From: an uncultured delta proteobacterium
GTDB lineage: Bacteria; Desulfobacterota; Desulfuromonadia; Geobacterales; DSM-12255
Assembly (NCBI GenBank): GCA_963787125.1
Contig: CAWBBV010000007.1
Span: 128,001 to 192,000, forward strand
DNA: 64,000 nt
Direction of reading: 5' to 3'
The notes under the pieces are model-generated. The model worked only from the letters and a program-made list of their open reading frames with translations. It did not search any database and was not told the DNA's origin. Shown here piece after piece: positions 47,776 to 57,170 of this stretch; within the stretch, counting starts at the first letter, position 1, and each line of letters begins with the position of its first letter. The position numbers and the translations under genes were made by a program.

Positions 47776-50700
47776 TTGACGTTCACCCCCCAACCAAGTA
47801 GGTAATTTTCAAACGTAGGGTTAATTGGTCGTGTCGTTTGGATAGTTAACGCATTATTTTCTATTACGGAACGATATACTTGCATACGAAGCTGATATGA
47901 CGAGTCTAAAGTGCTGGAGCCTCCCTTTATTTCTAATAACCCATTTTGAGTACTATCTAATATAGTGCCTTTTAAAGCCCCTGTAGGAGTACGTTTCGGC
48001 TCTCCGACAACAATACGAAAAGAAGCACTCTCAGCTTGCGCCGCAGAAGGTCGCCAAACTTTTGTATTTTTTGTAGCGTTAAGTGCAGATAGTTGCTGAG
48101 TTTCAAAAGCTTGACCTGCTGTTAGTTGAGAAGGCGACCCCCCGCACCTTGCTGAAAGGTTGCCTGAATTAATTGATATGCCTCCTCCGCCACTAGGGAA
48201 ACGCGAAATGTTAGCCGGTGTGTCTGGTGTAAATTCGGACAGTCCAAAAGGGTCTATATAGTTTTGTACATTACTCCCAACATACCGGTAAAAGTTGGCA
48301 TCACCAGACTGGAAAGCAATCGGGTCTTTACTGATGAAATTTCCATCAATTAAATCCCGCGTCCTCTCCCGCATATAGAGAGTTCCAGTCTCCCAGTCAT
48401 ATTCCCTTCCGGTATGCTGGTAACTGTTCCTGAAATCGGTGCTTGCTGCTGCCATACCATAAGCATCATAGGTGTAACTCTGCACCGGAAACGGCAGAAA
48501 GCTCTGAACCGTTATGTTCGTAATGCTCCCCAGTCCGTCGGCATGATAATAGAAGTACTGTCCATTTCTCTCCATCGCCAAAGGCTCATCAATGCCATGC
48601 CCGTGAGTGACAAACGTCTTCTCCGTAACGCCTGCCGTGGTGAAATATTCGACAACGATATCTTCCTTATCGTAGACGTAATTGGTCGTTTCCGTCTCAG
48701 TGACGCCGCTCTTGGTCTGAACAAATTTCTTCTCAATCCTTCTGCCAAACGGGTCGTATTTGTATGTGACGGTTTTTACTTCAGTCCCCTTGACTTTCTC
48801 TTCCTTGGTCAGTCGATTATTTAAATCCCATGTGCGTATCCATGTCTTGTCAGTTGCACTGGGGACGGTCTTGGTGGCCTGGTTCCCATGGTTGTCGTAA
48901 CCATAAGTGAGCTTCCGCCCTTGGATTATCTGGTTAGCAGCGTTGCTTTTATAGGTGGTATCGCTTGCACTTGGACCGGTCAGTCTGTTGCCAGCGGCAT
49001 CATAGGTAAACGCTTCCGATTTGGTGGTTGTAACTGAGAGGAGCCGATACAGTTCATCATAGCCGTAGGTCTCATTCACTGTTCCGGTTTTTGTAAGGCG
49101 GTTGCCAACCTGGTCATGGGTGTAATAGTAGGCTGCAAAAGGGTCGTAACTGTAGTAATTCCCTCCAAAGGTTGAGTGATGATAGGTGTTCTTATAATGA
49201 ATTATTGAGGTAAGACGTCCTAGGTCATCGAAGGTCCAATCTGCCCTTGTATAGTTAGGGTAAGTAAGGATATCGCGCCTTCCCAGCGTGTCGTAACTGT
49301 AGGTAAACATTCCAGCGTTAGAATAGATATGCGCCGGGCGGTTGGCGTTGTCGTAGTCGTAGCCGATGCTTCTTTGGTCAGCAGTGCCAGGAAGGTAGGT
49401 AACGCCATTGCGTTGCCCATTTCCATCATACTGGTCATATCTGACAACATTGCTATTGGTATCAGTTACACTCAGAAGGCGTCCATCGTTGTAGTAGGAA
49501 TAAGTGTAGCCAATGTTCTGATTGGAGGCAGTTTCAAGTTGTCCAATTGCAGTATAGGTGTAATGCTCGTATGTGCCGTCAGTAAAGGATTTGTCGGTTA
49601 TCTGCCCTCTATTGTTGTAAGTGTAGGTAACCAGCAATGTCCCCGGTGTAGATGCCGTGGCATCGTACTTTTCCTTGAGCGGACCATTGTCGTAGTAGGT
49701 GTAGTGAAGTTTCTTACCTAGCGGGTCAGTTTCGGCATCGAGGCGTCCCAGATGGTCGTATTGATAGACGGTATGGGGCTGGCTTGTGAACGGGGTATTC
49801 TTGGCTACATTTGCGTCATAAACGGCAACGAGCTTGTCGATGCCGTTCAGTTCGCTGCCGCTGTAAATGAAGATAGTTTCATTCAGTTTGGCATCGATGA
49901 TTTTCTTTACCTGGCGGTTGAAGTTGTACTCGTATTTAGTCTCGTGCTGCTCGGCATCTATGCTGGAGGTGAGGTTGCCAGCAAGGTCGTAGCCATACTG
50001 TGTAACATTGTCAGGGAATGTAGCTGTGGTCTTGGTAACCTTTATTATTCGATTCAGTGCGTCATATTGTTGAGTCGAAGTGAGTTTGATTGCCCCCGAT
50101 GAATCTTTCAACTTAATGATAAGCGAATTGCCATTATTGTCATAGCTTGTGACTGCGGTGTTAATTCCTGCTGGGTCAGTAACTGTACACAGCAGTCCGA
50201 CATAAGGAGCTGTACAGCCAGCAGCACTATTCGGATAGTAGGTAAAACTGGTGGTTTTGGTGTTGGCATCGACAGTCTGACTTATGGAGCCGTTTGAATT
50301 TTTTTTGGTAACGGTGATGTGACTTGTCGTAGTTGTGTAGTTGCCCGGAGTGGAAGTGGCTGTTACGACCTCGCCACCGTTTTCCGTGGAATAGGCAAAG
50401 GATGTGGAAATAGTTGTTGCACCCCGTTTGTCGGCAATATTGTTTATCCGGTCATAATGCCCTGGAAGGTTGTCATAATCATAACTGTAGTGCCGTGCTG
50501 CTTTAATGGGAGGTGTTCTACTTGCCAATGTTGCAACGTCGGTGACAGCATCCGGGTCAATAGCCGGACTGTACGTTGACACGTCAACGGGGTCAGTCTC
50601 TATTTCAAGGTTGCCGTAGGCGTCGAATTTGTAAAAGGTCGTGAGTCTGGTTGCGCCGTCTTTGGGTTCAGTCTTGGCTTTGACCAGACCGTTTGCGTAG

Positions 50701-53612
50701 TAATAGAAGTCGGTAAGCTTGCCGTTCGGGTCGGTTTTCTGTTTGATGACGCCGGTCGTGGAATCGTAGGTGTAAAGCCATTGACCGCCGTCTTTCTCGG
50801 TCAAGGTGGAAGTTCTGAGGGTGTCGCTCGTGGTCGGATAGACGATGGTGCGAGTCCGACCGTTTTGGTCGGTAGCGGTCTGCATCTTCTTGTCGGCATA
50901 ATAGCTGTACTGGGAAATATAGCCGTTCGGGTCGCGCTTGGTTTTAAGGGTGCCGTCGGTATAATACTGGTATTCCCAGTACCCCCGTGTCGCACCATAG
51001 GTGGCTGCTGGGTTCGTCACGCGATACAGGCTATTCCCTTGATAAGAGAAGTTGTACACACTACCAATAGGGTCGGTAACAGTGAGTATCCGGTGGGGAG
51101 TTGTTGACTGGTCATAGCCGATAGTTGCGACTCTCCCCGTCGAATCGGTGATGCTGGTCATGTCGCTGCCGGTATAGCCAATGGAAATTGCATTGCTGTA
51201 ACGGTCAGTAAGCGAGGTAATTTTACCGACAGAATCGAAATTGTATTTCGAACCATCGCGGAAGCTGATTGTATAGCTGTTGTCGCCATTCTTAACGAGC
51301 GTGGAGTAGTCGCCAGTTGGCGAAATATAGGTGCTACCAGATTTCGTGTAGTAGCGTTTGTCGCCGTTGCCGTTCTTGAGAATGACGGAGCCGTCTGCGT
51401 TCAGGGTCAACGAAATATCGTAACTGTGACTCCATCCTGTGCCAAGTGAACCGTTATAGGCGGGAAGACTCTTGTAGAGAAGGCTGATAGCAATATTCTG
51501 CATGCTGCCTTTTGTAGTGAAAAGCTCCTGGTCGTGGTCAACAACACCGGAGATTACGTTGGTGGTTGACAGGGTGCAAACATTTGGGTTGGCTCCTGAA
51601 CTGACACTGACAGGGTTATCGGCGCATTGCTGCATAGCACCGTTGGTGATTGTAGTTGAATACGAGTGAGACGCCGGAGGAGAGTTTTGGGTATCGGTAA
51701 CTTGTGCCATGAAGTTGAACTGCCCGACATCTGCCGGGATTCCGCTCAGCGATCCACTAGAAGATAAAGAAAGCCCCGCTGGAAGTGACCCGGAAATAAC
51801 CGACCATACCGGGTTGCCATTACCCCCTGATGCATACAACTGCTGGCTATAAGCAGTTCCTGACGTTCCGCTTGATATGGAGGGAGTTGTAATTGAAATG
51901 CTGGAGTAAATATCCAGAGACAATGACTGGGTTGTCGTTACAGGAGAACTCTGATTATCAGTTACCCTGACTACTAAGCTATAGTGACCACTGGATGTTG
52001 GGGTGCCGCTGATGGTGCCGTTTGAGTAGAGGGTTGTGTTTGTTGGTAGATTGCCGGCGTCGAGCGACCATGTGTAATTCCCGTTACCGCCTGTTGCTGC
52101 TAACGATTGGTAATAGGAAACGTTGTATGCACCGGCTGGCAGTGAAGTAGTGGTAATCTGCAATTGCGGGTATACATGTATGGTAAAAGGCTTGTTTGTC
52201 GTTATGGACGGGTTGTATTGGTCTGTGACCCTGACAGTGAACGAAGCATCGCCGGAACCCGATATAGTGCCGCTGATTACTCCTGTTGAAGAATTAAGAT
52301 AAAGACCGCTCGGGAGATTCCCTGAGTCCAGAGACCAGGTAAAGTTATTGCTTCCACCAGATGCAGACAAGGTCTGATTGTAGGAACTGCTCACATTCCC
52401 CGCTGGCAGAGAAGCTGTGATGATTGTCACCGAAGAATAAACAGAAATGTAGAACGTGTTATAACCTGTGAGTGGTTGGCTGTCTAGTACTTGAACTCTG
52501 AAATCATAACTGCCAGTGGACGTTGGTGTTCCGCTGATTACCCCTGTTGTGGGGTCTAAGTAGAGACCCGGCGGAAGATTACGAAATTGCCAATAAGCAT
52601 CGCCATTCCAGATAGACCAAGAATAAGGCGTTAATCCACCGTTAGCTTGCAAGGCAGTCGCAAGATATGGCACCCCTAAGTCTGCATTAGGTAAAGAACT
52701 GGTGGTTATGGTGAGAGGGGCCGGTTGCACCACATAGTCAATGACTGTAGTCGCATCATTGTCAACACCAGTCGAAGTCCTCGCAGCTGCTTCAAATTTG
52801 TAGTTTCCAGGGGGAGTGTTTGCAGGCATTGTCCAGTCGCGTACTGTCTGTCCATAGATACATGCGTCCGGACACGACGAACCATATGTGTACCAGTTTG
52901 ACCACCATGAGCCGTAATCCAGCACAGTACTCCAAGAGTTGCCACCATCACTGGAAAGTCTGAATCGATACTGTTTCGGAGTACAACTGCCCGATCCTTG
53001 GGCAGAAAATGTAACATCACTCCCTGCAACATGGGGGCTAGGATTGCCATTGTTGTAAATGTCAACGCTGGTTACGCGGTCTAGCGGGGCACCTGAACTA
53101 AAAAAGGCAGTTACTGTCTTGTCGCTATCCATTCGTACATAACAAATAGCGTTTTTGTAAGAATCGCCACGGTAAGGGGCACATGATCCGCTTGTCGCAT
53201 AGCAGGGGCCAGTCCACCCATTGAAACTTGTATATGGTGGAACAACCGCTTCTATACCCACAGTGGTATCTTCAAGAATTTCTTCCGTGCCAAAGGGTGT
53301 TACTGAACCACTTCCCGTCCCGGATTTATTGACAGTCAAGGAATAATAGATGCCTGAATCTGCGAGGCAAATATATCCATAATTTCCTATACACATCCCC
53401 GAGTCTGTTTCCTGCGTATCGCCATAATTATTTTCGCAAACATAAACGCCATCCCAAGCATTTTGGCATGCCGGGTGATTGGGGTCTCCCCAATAACTCA
53501 AAGGGTAGCGAACCAGCCCGAAACTGACTGAAGCAAAGAGAAAAATGCAAGTAAACATCACGGTGCCGAATATAGATAGTGTCCGTAACTTTTTTAAATC
53601 AATACGCATCAT
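47772..53612 (-). CDS. Sec-exported RHS/YD-repeat polymorphic toxin with Ig repeats and a C-terminal restriction-endonuclease-fold (Tox-REase-7-like) domain
   Basis: Signal peptide; InlB B-repeat-like unit; four ITT.SLP..Y...L.A.GG..Y.WS..LP.GL.L..G.ISGTP Ig units; LGTGWSHSY; many YD repeats; core TGREYDWETG..SKDPI..NYIDPFGL; 155-aa tip with GQAFE, ILD, EIK, YQLR. Confidence 0.9.
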   Translation of the reverse strand: MMRIDLKKLRTLSIFGTVMFTCIFLFASVSFGLVRYPLSYWGDPNHPACQNAWDGVYVCENNYGDTQETDSGMCIGNYGYICLADSGIYYSLTVNKSGTGSGSVTPFGTEEILEDTTVGIEAVVPPYTSFNGWTGPCYATSGSCAPYRGDSYKNAICYVRMDSDKTVTAFFSSGAPLDRVTSVDIYNNGNPSPHVAGSDVTFSAQGSGSCTPKQYRFRLSSDGGNSWSTVLDYGSWWSNWYTYGSSCPDACIYGQTVRDWTMPANTPPGNYKFEAAARTSTGVDNDATTVIDYVVQPAPLTITTSSLPNADLGVPYLATALQANGGLTPYSWSIWNGDAYWQFRNLPPGLYLDPTTGVISGTPTSTGSYDFRVQVLDSQPLTGYNTFYISVYSSVTIITASLPAGNVSSSYNQTLSASGGSNNFTWSLDSGNLPSGLYLNSSTGVISGTISGSGDASFTVRVTDQYNPSITTNKPFTIHVYPQLQITTTSLPAGAYNVSYYQSLAATGGNGNYTWSLDAGNLPTNTTLYSNGTISGTPTSSGHYSLVVRVTDNQSSPVTTTQSLSLDIYSSISITTPSISSGTSGTAYSQQLYASGGNGNPVWSVISGSLPAGLSLSSSGSLSGIPADVGQFNFMAQVTDTQNSPPASHSYSTTITNGAMQQCADNPVSVSSGANPNVCTLSTTNVISGVVDHDQELFTTKGSMQNIAISLLYKSLPAYNGSLGTGWSHSYDISLTLNADGSVILKNGNGDKRYYTKSGSTYISPTGDYSTLVKNGDNSYTISFRDGSKYNFDSVGKITSLTDRYSNAISIGYTGSDMTSITDSTGRVATIGYDQSTTPHRILTVTDPIGSVYNFSYQGNSLYRVTNPAATYGATRGYWEYQYYTDGTLKTKRDPNGYISQYSYYADKKMQTATDQNGRTRTIVYPTTSDTLRTSTLTEKDGGQWLYTYDSTTGVIKQKTDPNGKLTDFYYYANGLVKAKTEPKDGATRLTTFYKFDAYGNLEIETDPVDVSTYSPAIDPDAVTDVATLASRTPPIKAARHYSYDYDNLPGHYDRINNIADKRGATTISTSFAYSTENGGEVVTATSTPGNYTTTTSHITVTKKNSNGSISQTVDANTKTTSFTYYPNSAAGCTAPYVGLLCTVTDPAGINTAVTSYDNNGNSLIIKLKDSSGAIKLTSTQQYDALNRIIKVTKTTATFPDNVTQYGYDLAGNLTSSIDAEQHETKYEYNFNRQVKKIIDAKLNETIFIYSGSELNGIDKLVAVYDANVAKNTPFTSQPHTVYQYDHLGRLDAETDPLGKKLHYTYYDNGPLKEKYDATASTPGTLLVTYTYNNRGQITDKSFTDGTYEHYTYTAIGQLETASNQNIGYTYSYYNDGRLLSVTDTNSNVVRYDQYDGNGQRNGVTYLPGTADQRSIGYDYDNANRPAHIYSNAGMFTYSYDTLGRRDILTYPNYTRADWTFDDLGRLTSIIHYKNTYHHSTFGGNYYSYDPFAAYYYTHDQVGNRLTKTGTVNETYGYDELYRLLSVTTTKSEAFTYDAAGNRLTGPSASDTTYKSNAANQIIQGRKLTYGYDNHGNQATKTVPSATDKTWIRTWDLNNRLTKEEKVKGTEVKTVTYKYDPFGRRIEKKFVQTKSGVTETETTNYVYDKEDIVVEYFTTAGVTEKTFVTHGHGIDEPLAMERNGQYFYYHADGLGSITNITVQSFLPFPVQSYTYDAYGMAAASTDFRNSYQHTGREYDWETGTLYMRERTRDLIDGNFISKDPIAFQSGDANFYRYVGSNVQNYIDPFGLSEFTPDTPANISRFPSGGGGISINSGNLSARCGGSPSQLTAGQAFETQQLSALNATKNTKVWRPSAAQAESASFRIVVGEPKRTPTGALKGTILDSTQNGLLEIKGGSSTLDSSYQLRMQVYRSVIENNALTIQTTRPINPTFENYLLGWGVNVK
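51650..52715 (-). repeat. four tandem ~90-aa putative-Ig (He_PIG / cadherin-like) repeats within the RHS gene (approximate limits)
   Basis: Repeated ITT(S/T)SLP / GG..(Y/F).WSL..GNLP.G..L..G.ISG(T/I)P units in the translation. Confidence 0.8.
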
Positions 53613-53687
53613 TGGAACCTCAATTGCTTAGTCTTGCCAGAACAGGTGTCTATCTTGAATTCTCTGGAAACCAAAGAGTGAAAATTC

Positions 53688-54227
53688 TCAGTGAACCTTT
53701 ATCGGTATGAATTTATCGATTTGCGTTCTTTCACCATGCATTGCTTCACATGGGCTTTCATTTTGGACATCAGTTTTCCCGCAAAAAAGATGGACTACAA
53801 TTTCGTATTGCTTAGTTGTGTCTGTTGGTGCGGAATAAATGACCCGCCAAGCGCGTTTAGTTGTATCGTATACGACTGGTACGCGCTCCCCCTTAATCTT
53901 GGGAAGTGCAAAGAAGGTTGCTGCTACATAAAAGCCATTCTCTTCGGTTACTTCCAATATGTTAGATTTCCCCTGAACATAAAAATTGATTGCTTCCCCC
54001 GCATTATATGTTTCTTGAATCCCGTTAATAGTCAAAAACTCATAGCGTTCAGATGATTTCCATTTATTACGTTCAATCTTCGTAGCCGCAGAGCTAGTTA
54101 CTGTGTTGGGGAGAGATGCCAGAAAATCGCTAGAAAGGGGAGCATGGTCAGGAGCGGCGGCAAGGACGGAGGAATGCGAGGCGATTACAAATAGTGAAAT
54201 GATAAATACCATAATCAACTTTCTCAT
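53688..54227 (-). CDS. secreted hypothetical protein, first gene of the RHS operon
   Basis: Signal peptide MRKLIMVFIISLFVIASHSSVLA; AAGGAG RBS; beta-rich mature part with a Cys pair. Confidence 0.7.
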   Translation of the reverse strand: MRKLIMVFIISLFVIASHSSVLAAAPDHAPLSSDFLASLPNTVTSSAATKIERNKWKSSERYEFLTINGIQETYNAGEAINFYVQGKSNILEVTEENGFYVAATFFALPKIKGERVPVVYDTTKRAWRVIYSAPTDTTKQYEIVVHLFCGKTDVQNESPCEAMHGERTQIDKFIPIKVH

Positions 54228-54458
54228 GGGATGCTCCTTGGCTGGAAACTCATTAGATTTTTTGCTATGGGAAATTGTTCAGGTTTGAGATAACAACCGG
54301 GCAGAATACTGTCATGCTTAAAAGTAGCGGTCAGGAAACTGCGGCTGGTTACGTGCATTTCTCTTTTCAAAAACGCCCCCGTTATAACCACCAATTCATT
54401 AAGCACGAGAAATTAGCACAGTAAAATCAACGCATATTTGCATTATGGTAAGTTTGTG

Positions 54459-54710
54459 TCAAGAGATAGCCAGGTGTTGAGTATCTTTGATTAATCTCTT
54501 CTTCGGCACCCTCTGAACCCCAGTCACTCCCCTGATTGTCTCTAACAGAGCTTCACAGCTGAAAGGCTTGCCAATAACTTTTGCGACTCCAGCCCTTTTT
54601 GCCATGAGTGGAATTTCAGATGAAATGTTGCCAGTCATCAGGGCAACTGGCATGTCAGGCGCTAAGACAGCGGCTTGGCTGCGTTTCAGGCTTTCGGAAC
54701 TCGCTGACAA
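54459..54710 (-). pseudogene. C-terminal half of a response-regulator receiver domain
   Basis: PDMPVALMTG..AKRAGV..VIGKPFS..LLE.IR matches receiver beta4-alpha5; the acidic pocket and phospho-Asp half is absent. Confidence 0.55.
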
Positions 54711-54789
54711 ATTTCCATCTCAATATCCTGAACTGGAATGGATTAAAGCGGCGTCACTTTATAACTAAAAGGCTAAATCAACAAGCTTA

Positions 54790-54840
54790 ATATATGCTAT
54801 GGCATTATTTTATGATGTATATATATGTCACAGCATATTA
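54790..54840. promoter_or_regulatory. inverted pair of operator-like boxes upstream of the XRE gene
   Basis: ATATGCTATGGCAT from 54792 on +; ATATGCTGTGACAT reading leftwards from 54838 on -. Confidence 0.45.
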
Positions 54841-54872
54841 TATGAAGTCGATTAATCCCGTATGCTCACGGC

Positions 54873-55223
54873 ATGAAAAGTGCTGATTTACTTAAATCTC
54901 TTGGGGGACGGATAAGGACAATCCGGAAAGAGCATAATGTAACGCAAGAGCGCCTTGCGGAGCTGGCGGACTTGAATCTCAGCTACATGAGTGAAATCGA
55001 GAGAGGACATGCAAACGTATCACTCTGTATCGTCAACTCTATAGCTGAAGCTCTTGGAATATCTATTGCGGAGCTATTAGTAGGAATTTCGAATGGTAAA
55101 GCTAGTGAAGACTTTTGGGTGTTGCTCCAGCAGGTACAGACTCTTGATGAAAAACAGCAGCGAATCTTTGTTAAAGCCGCGAGGGGAGTTTTTTCAGGGA
55201 TTCAAGATGTGAGTGTCAATTAA
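54873..55223 (+). CDS. XRE-family HTH transcriptional regulator (controller-protein-like)
   Basis: LGGRIRTIRKEHNVTQERLAELADLNLSYMSEIERGHANVSL..IAEALGISIAELL. Confidence 0.88.
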   Translation: MKSADLLKSLGGRIRTIRKEHNVTQERLAELADLNLSYMSEIERGHANVSLCIVNSIAEALGISIAELLVGISNGKASEDFWVLLQQVQTLDEKQQRIFVKAARGVFSGIQDVSVN

Positions 55224-55409
55224 TAGCTTTATCTGCGGCCTGCTGAGTTGTAAACCATAAATCCTCCCAGTAAATATCTTCTATTCTAGGCTGTCTCGCT
55301 CTACACCATGTTCAAGAATTAGCCGAAAACAATTGCCAAAGTATATTGTCAGCCTACCTAAAAAAACAACAAGTTATCCGGTTTTGGGTGCTACTTGCTG
55401 CCGAAAAAG

Positions 55410-56240
55410 TTAGCGCCCCTGCGAACGAAAAACTCTTCTCCAGGCCAGCGCCAGTATAAGCAGCACAATATTGAGCATTACGATGACGCCACCGCTGGGG
55501 AGGTTGAGGCTGAACGAGAGAAGGATTCCGCAGAACACGGAGAAGGCGGAAAAGAGTGCTGCGAGGATTATGGTCAGTCTGAAGCTTCTGGCAACCTGGA
55601 GGGCGGTCACCGGCGGGATGATGAGGAGTGCCGACACCAGCAGGATCCCGACCAGTTTCATGGCCAAAACGACTGTCAGCGCCGTTAAAAGCGCCAGGAG
55701 AGAGTTGATCCGCTCGACCTTTATGCCGCTGCTTCTGGCCAGCTCTTCATCAAAGGTTATGGCAAAGAGCCGGTTGTAGTTGACAATGACGGTGGTGATG
55801 ACAATGCAGAAAAGCACTGCTGCTAAAATTGTTTCATTGCTGCTGACGGCGAGAATATTGCCGAACAGGTAACTGAACAGTTCCACATTGAAACCACCGG
55901 TCGCTCCGGCAATGATGATCCCGCCGGCAATCCCTGCCGCAGAAACAATACCGATAGCCGCATCGCCGTAGATCCGCGCTTTTTCAGTCAGCTTGAGGAT
56001 GCCGAGGGAAGAGAGGAGCACCACGGGCAGTGCCGCCAGGGTAACGTATGTCGGCTGGGCTTTGAGTGACAGGGCCAGAGCCACACTGCCGAAAGTGACA
56101 TGGGCCAGGCCGTCTCCGATCAGGGACAGGCGCCGCAGGACCAGAAAAACACCAAGAACTGCGCAGAGAATTCCGACCAGAAGTCCGGAGACCAGCGCCC
56201 GCTGCATGAAGCTGTAGGAAAATATTTCGGTAAGGAGCAT
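55410..56240 (-). CDS. znuB: Zn/Mn ABC transporter permease
   Basis: FMQRAL..G, LGVFLVLRRLSLIGDGLAH, YLFGNIL, FDEELA, MKLVGILLVSALLIIP. Confidence 0.9.
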   Translation of the reverse strand: MLLTEIFSYSFMQRALVSGLLVGILCAVLGVFLVLRRLSLIGDGLAHVTFGSVALALSLKAQPTYVTLAALPVVLLSSLGILKLTEKARIYGDAAIGIVSAAGIAGGIIIAGATGGFNVELFSYLFGNILAVSSNETILAAVLFCIVITTVIVNYNRLFAITFDEELARSSGIKVERINSLLALLTALTVVLAMKLVGILLVSALLIIPPVTALQVARSFRLTIILAALFSAFSVFCGILLSFSLNLPSGGVIVMLNIVLLILALAWRRVFRSQGR

Positions 56241-56353
56241 AAGGTCGAAGTCGATATTCAGTAGTTGGAGTAATTGGAATAATTGGAGAAACAGTTAACC
56301 ATAAAGTGCTGGAAGAAACACGAAGAAAAGCTCAAAGGCTTGCCATCTTGGTT

Positions 56354-56719
56354 TTAAAGTTTATGATTTGCCCCCGGCAGCATTCCAAGGACTTCTGAAA
56401 TTGCCTGATAAACAAGGGCCATTGCCGACTCCTCAAGGCAAAGCAGTGGGCCATCGATCAGGCGTTTATTATCGATGGCGCGGAGTTGATCAACGAGCAG
56501 ATCTGAATCTTTACTTAAGCCATCCCTGGCGGCAATGCGCAAGCGGAGCGGTTCGGCATCATCAATGAGATTGGTAGTGAGGGGGAGAATAAGCGTAGAG
56601 GGGTGCCCGGCATCAAGCAGCGCCTGATTTTGCAGGATCAGGACAGGTCTTGTTTTGCCCGGTTCAGAGCCTCGCCCCGGGTTAAGGTTGGCCAGCCAGA
56701 CTTCGCCATGATTAAGCAT
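56354..56719 (-). CDS. PemK/MazF-family toxin
   Basis: GEVWLANLNPGRGSEPGKTRPVLILQN, PLTT, DQLRAIDNKRL. Confidence 0.92.
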   Translation of the reverse strand: MLNHGEVWLANLNPGRGSEPGKTRPVLILQNQALLDAGHPSTLILPLTTNLIDDAEPLRLRIAARDGLSKDSDLLVDQLRAIDNKRLIDGPLLCLEESAMALVYQAISEVLGMLPGANHKL

Positions 56720-56948
56720 GGGGTGCGTCCTCTATTTTGCTGAACTCGGCATTTACCCGCATGCTTTCAGCCCGTACCTTCAAGCTGACCTCCATGAGTC
56801 TTGCCCGGCGACGCTGGGCGGCAACTGTCATGTTCATCTGCTCCAGGGCTTTGCGCACGTAAGCCGCCCTCGGGATCTGCATCTCACCGGCATACATGTC
56901 AATCTCATGCAGCAGTTCATCAGGAAGTCGTAACGATAGCGTAGTCAT
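56712..56948 (-). CDS. ribbon-helix-helix antitoxin of the MazF pair
   Basis: MTTLSLRLPDELL.EID..A..RAAYVRKAL; overlaps the toxin start by 8 nt. Confidence 0.85.
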   Translation of the reverse strand: MTTLSLRLPDELLHEIDMYAGEMQIPRAAYVRKALEQMNMTVAAQRRRARLMEVSLKVRAESMRVNAEFSKIEDAPHA

Positions 56949-57170
56949 GTGTGTAGTCCTTTTTGTAGCTCACAATCAAATACTAAGGCAACTACATGAT
57001 TATGTCAATTCTACGTTACAGTCATCAATACGGTTCAAAGCTGACCTCTTTAACTTTATTTGCTGACGAGGAGATCATGAGCCACCGGCTTCAAATCGAT
57101 CTTATAAATCAGTTGACCAGTCTGGATGAGGCGTTATAATGAAAAGCAAGAATAATAAAGGAGTTTTTAC

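Noticed and set aside
47494..48239. Diversity-generating retroelement (template/variable repeat) as the explanation for the toxin and pseudo-toxin similarity
   Set aside because: Similarity is distant and at protein level, not near-identical DNA with adenine-specific mismatches; no reverse transcriptase in the window.
54228..54458. GEMM-I (c-di-GMP/cGAMP) riboswitch upstream of the RHS operon
   Set aside because: No recognisable GEMM P1/P2 consensus (such as GCAAAGC or the tetraloop/receptor pair) on the minus strand.
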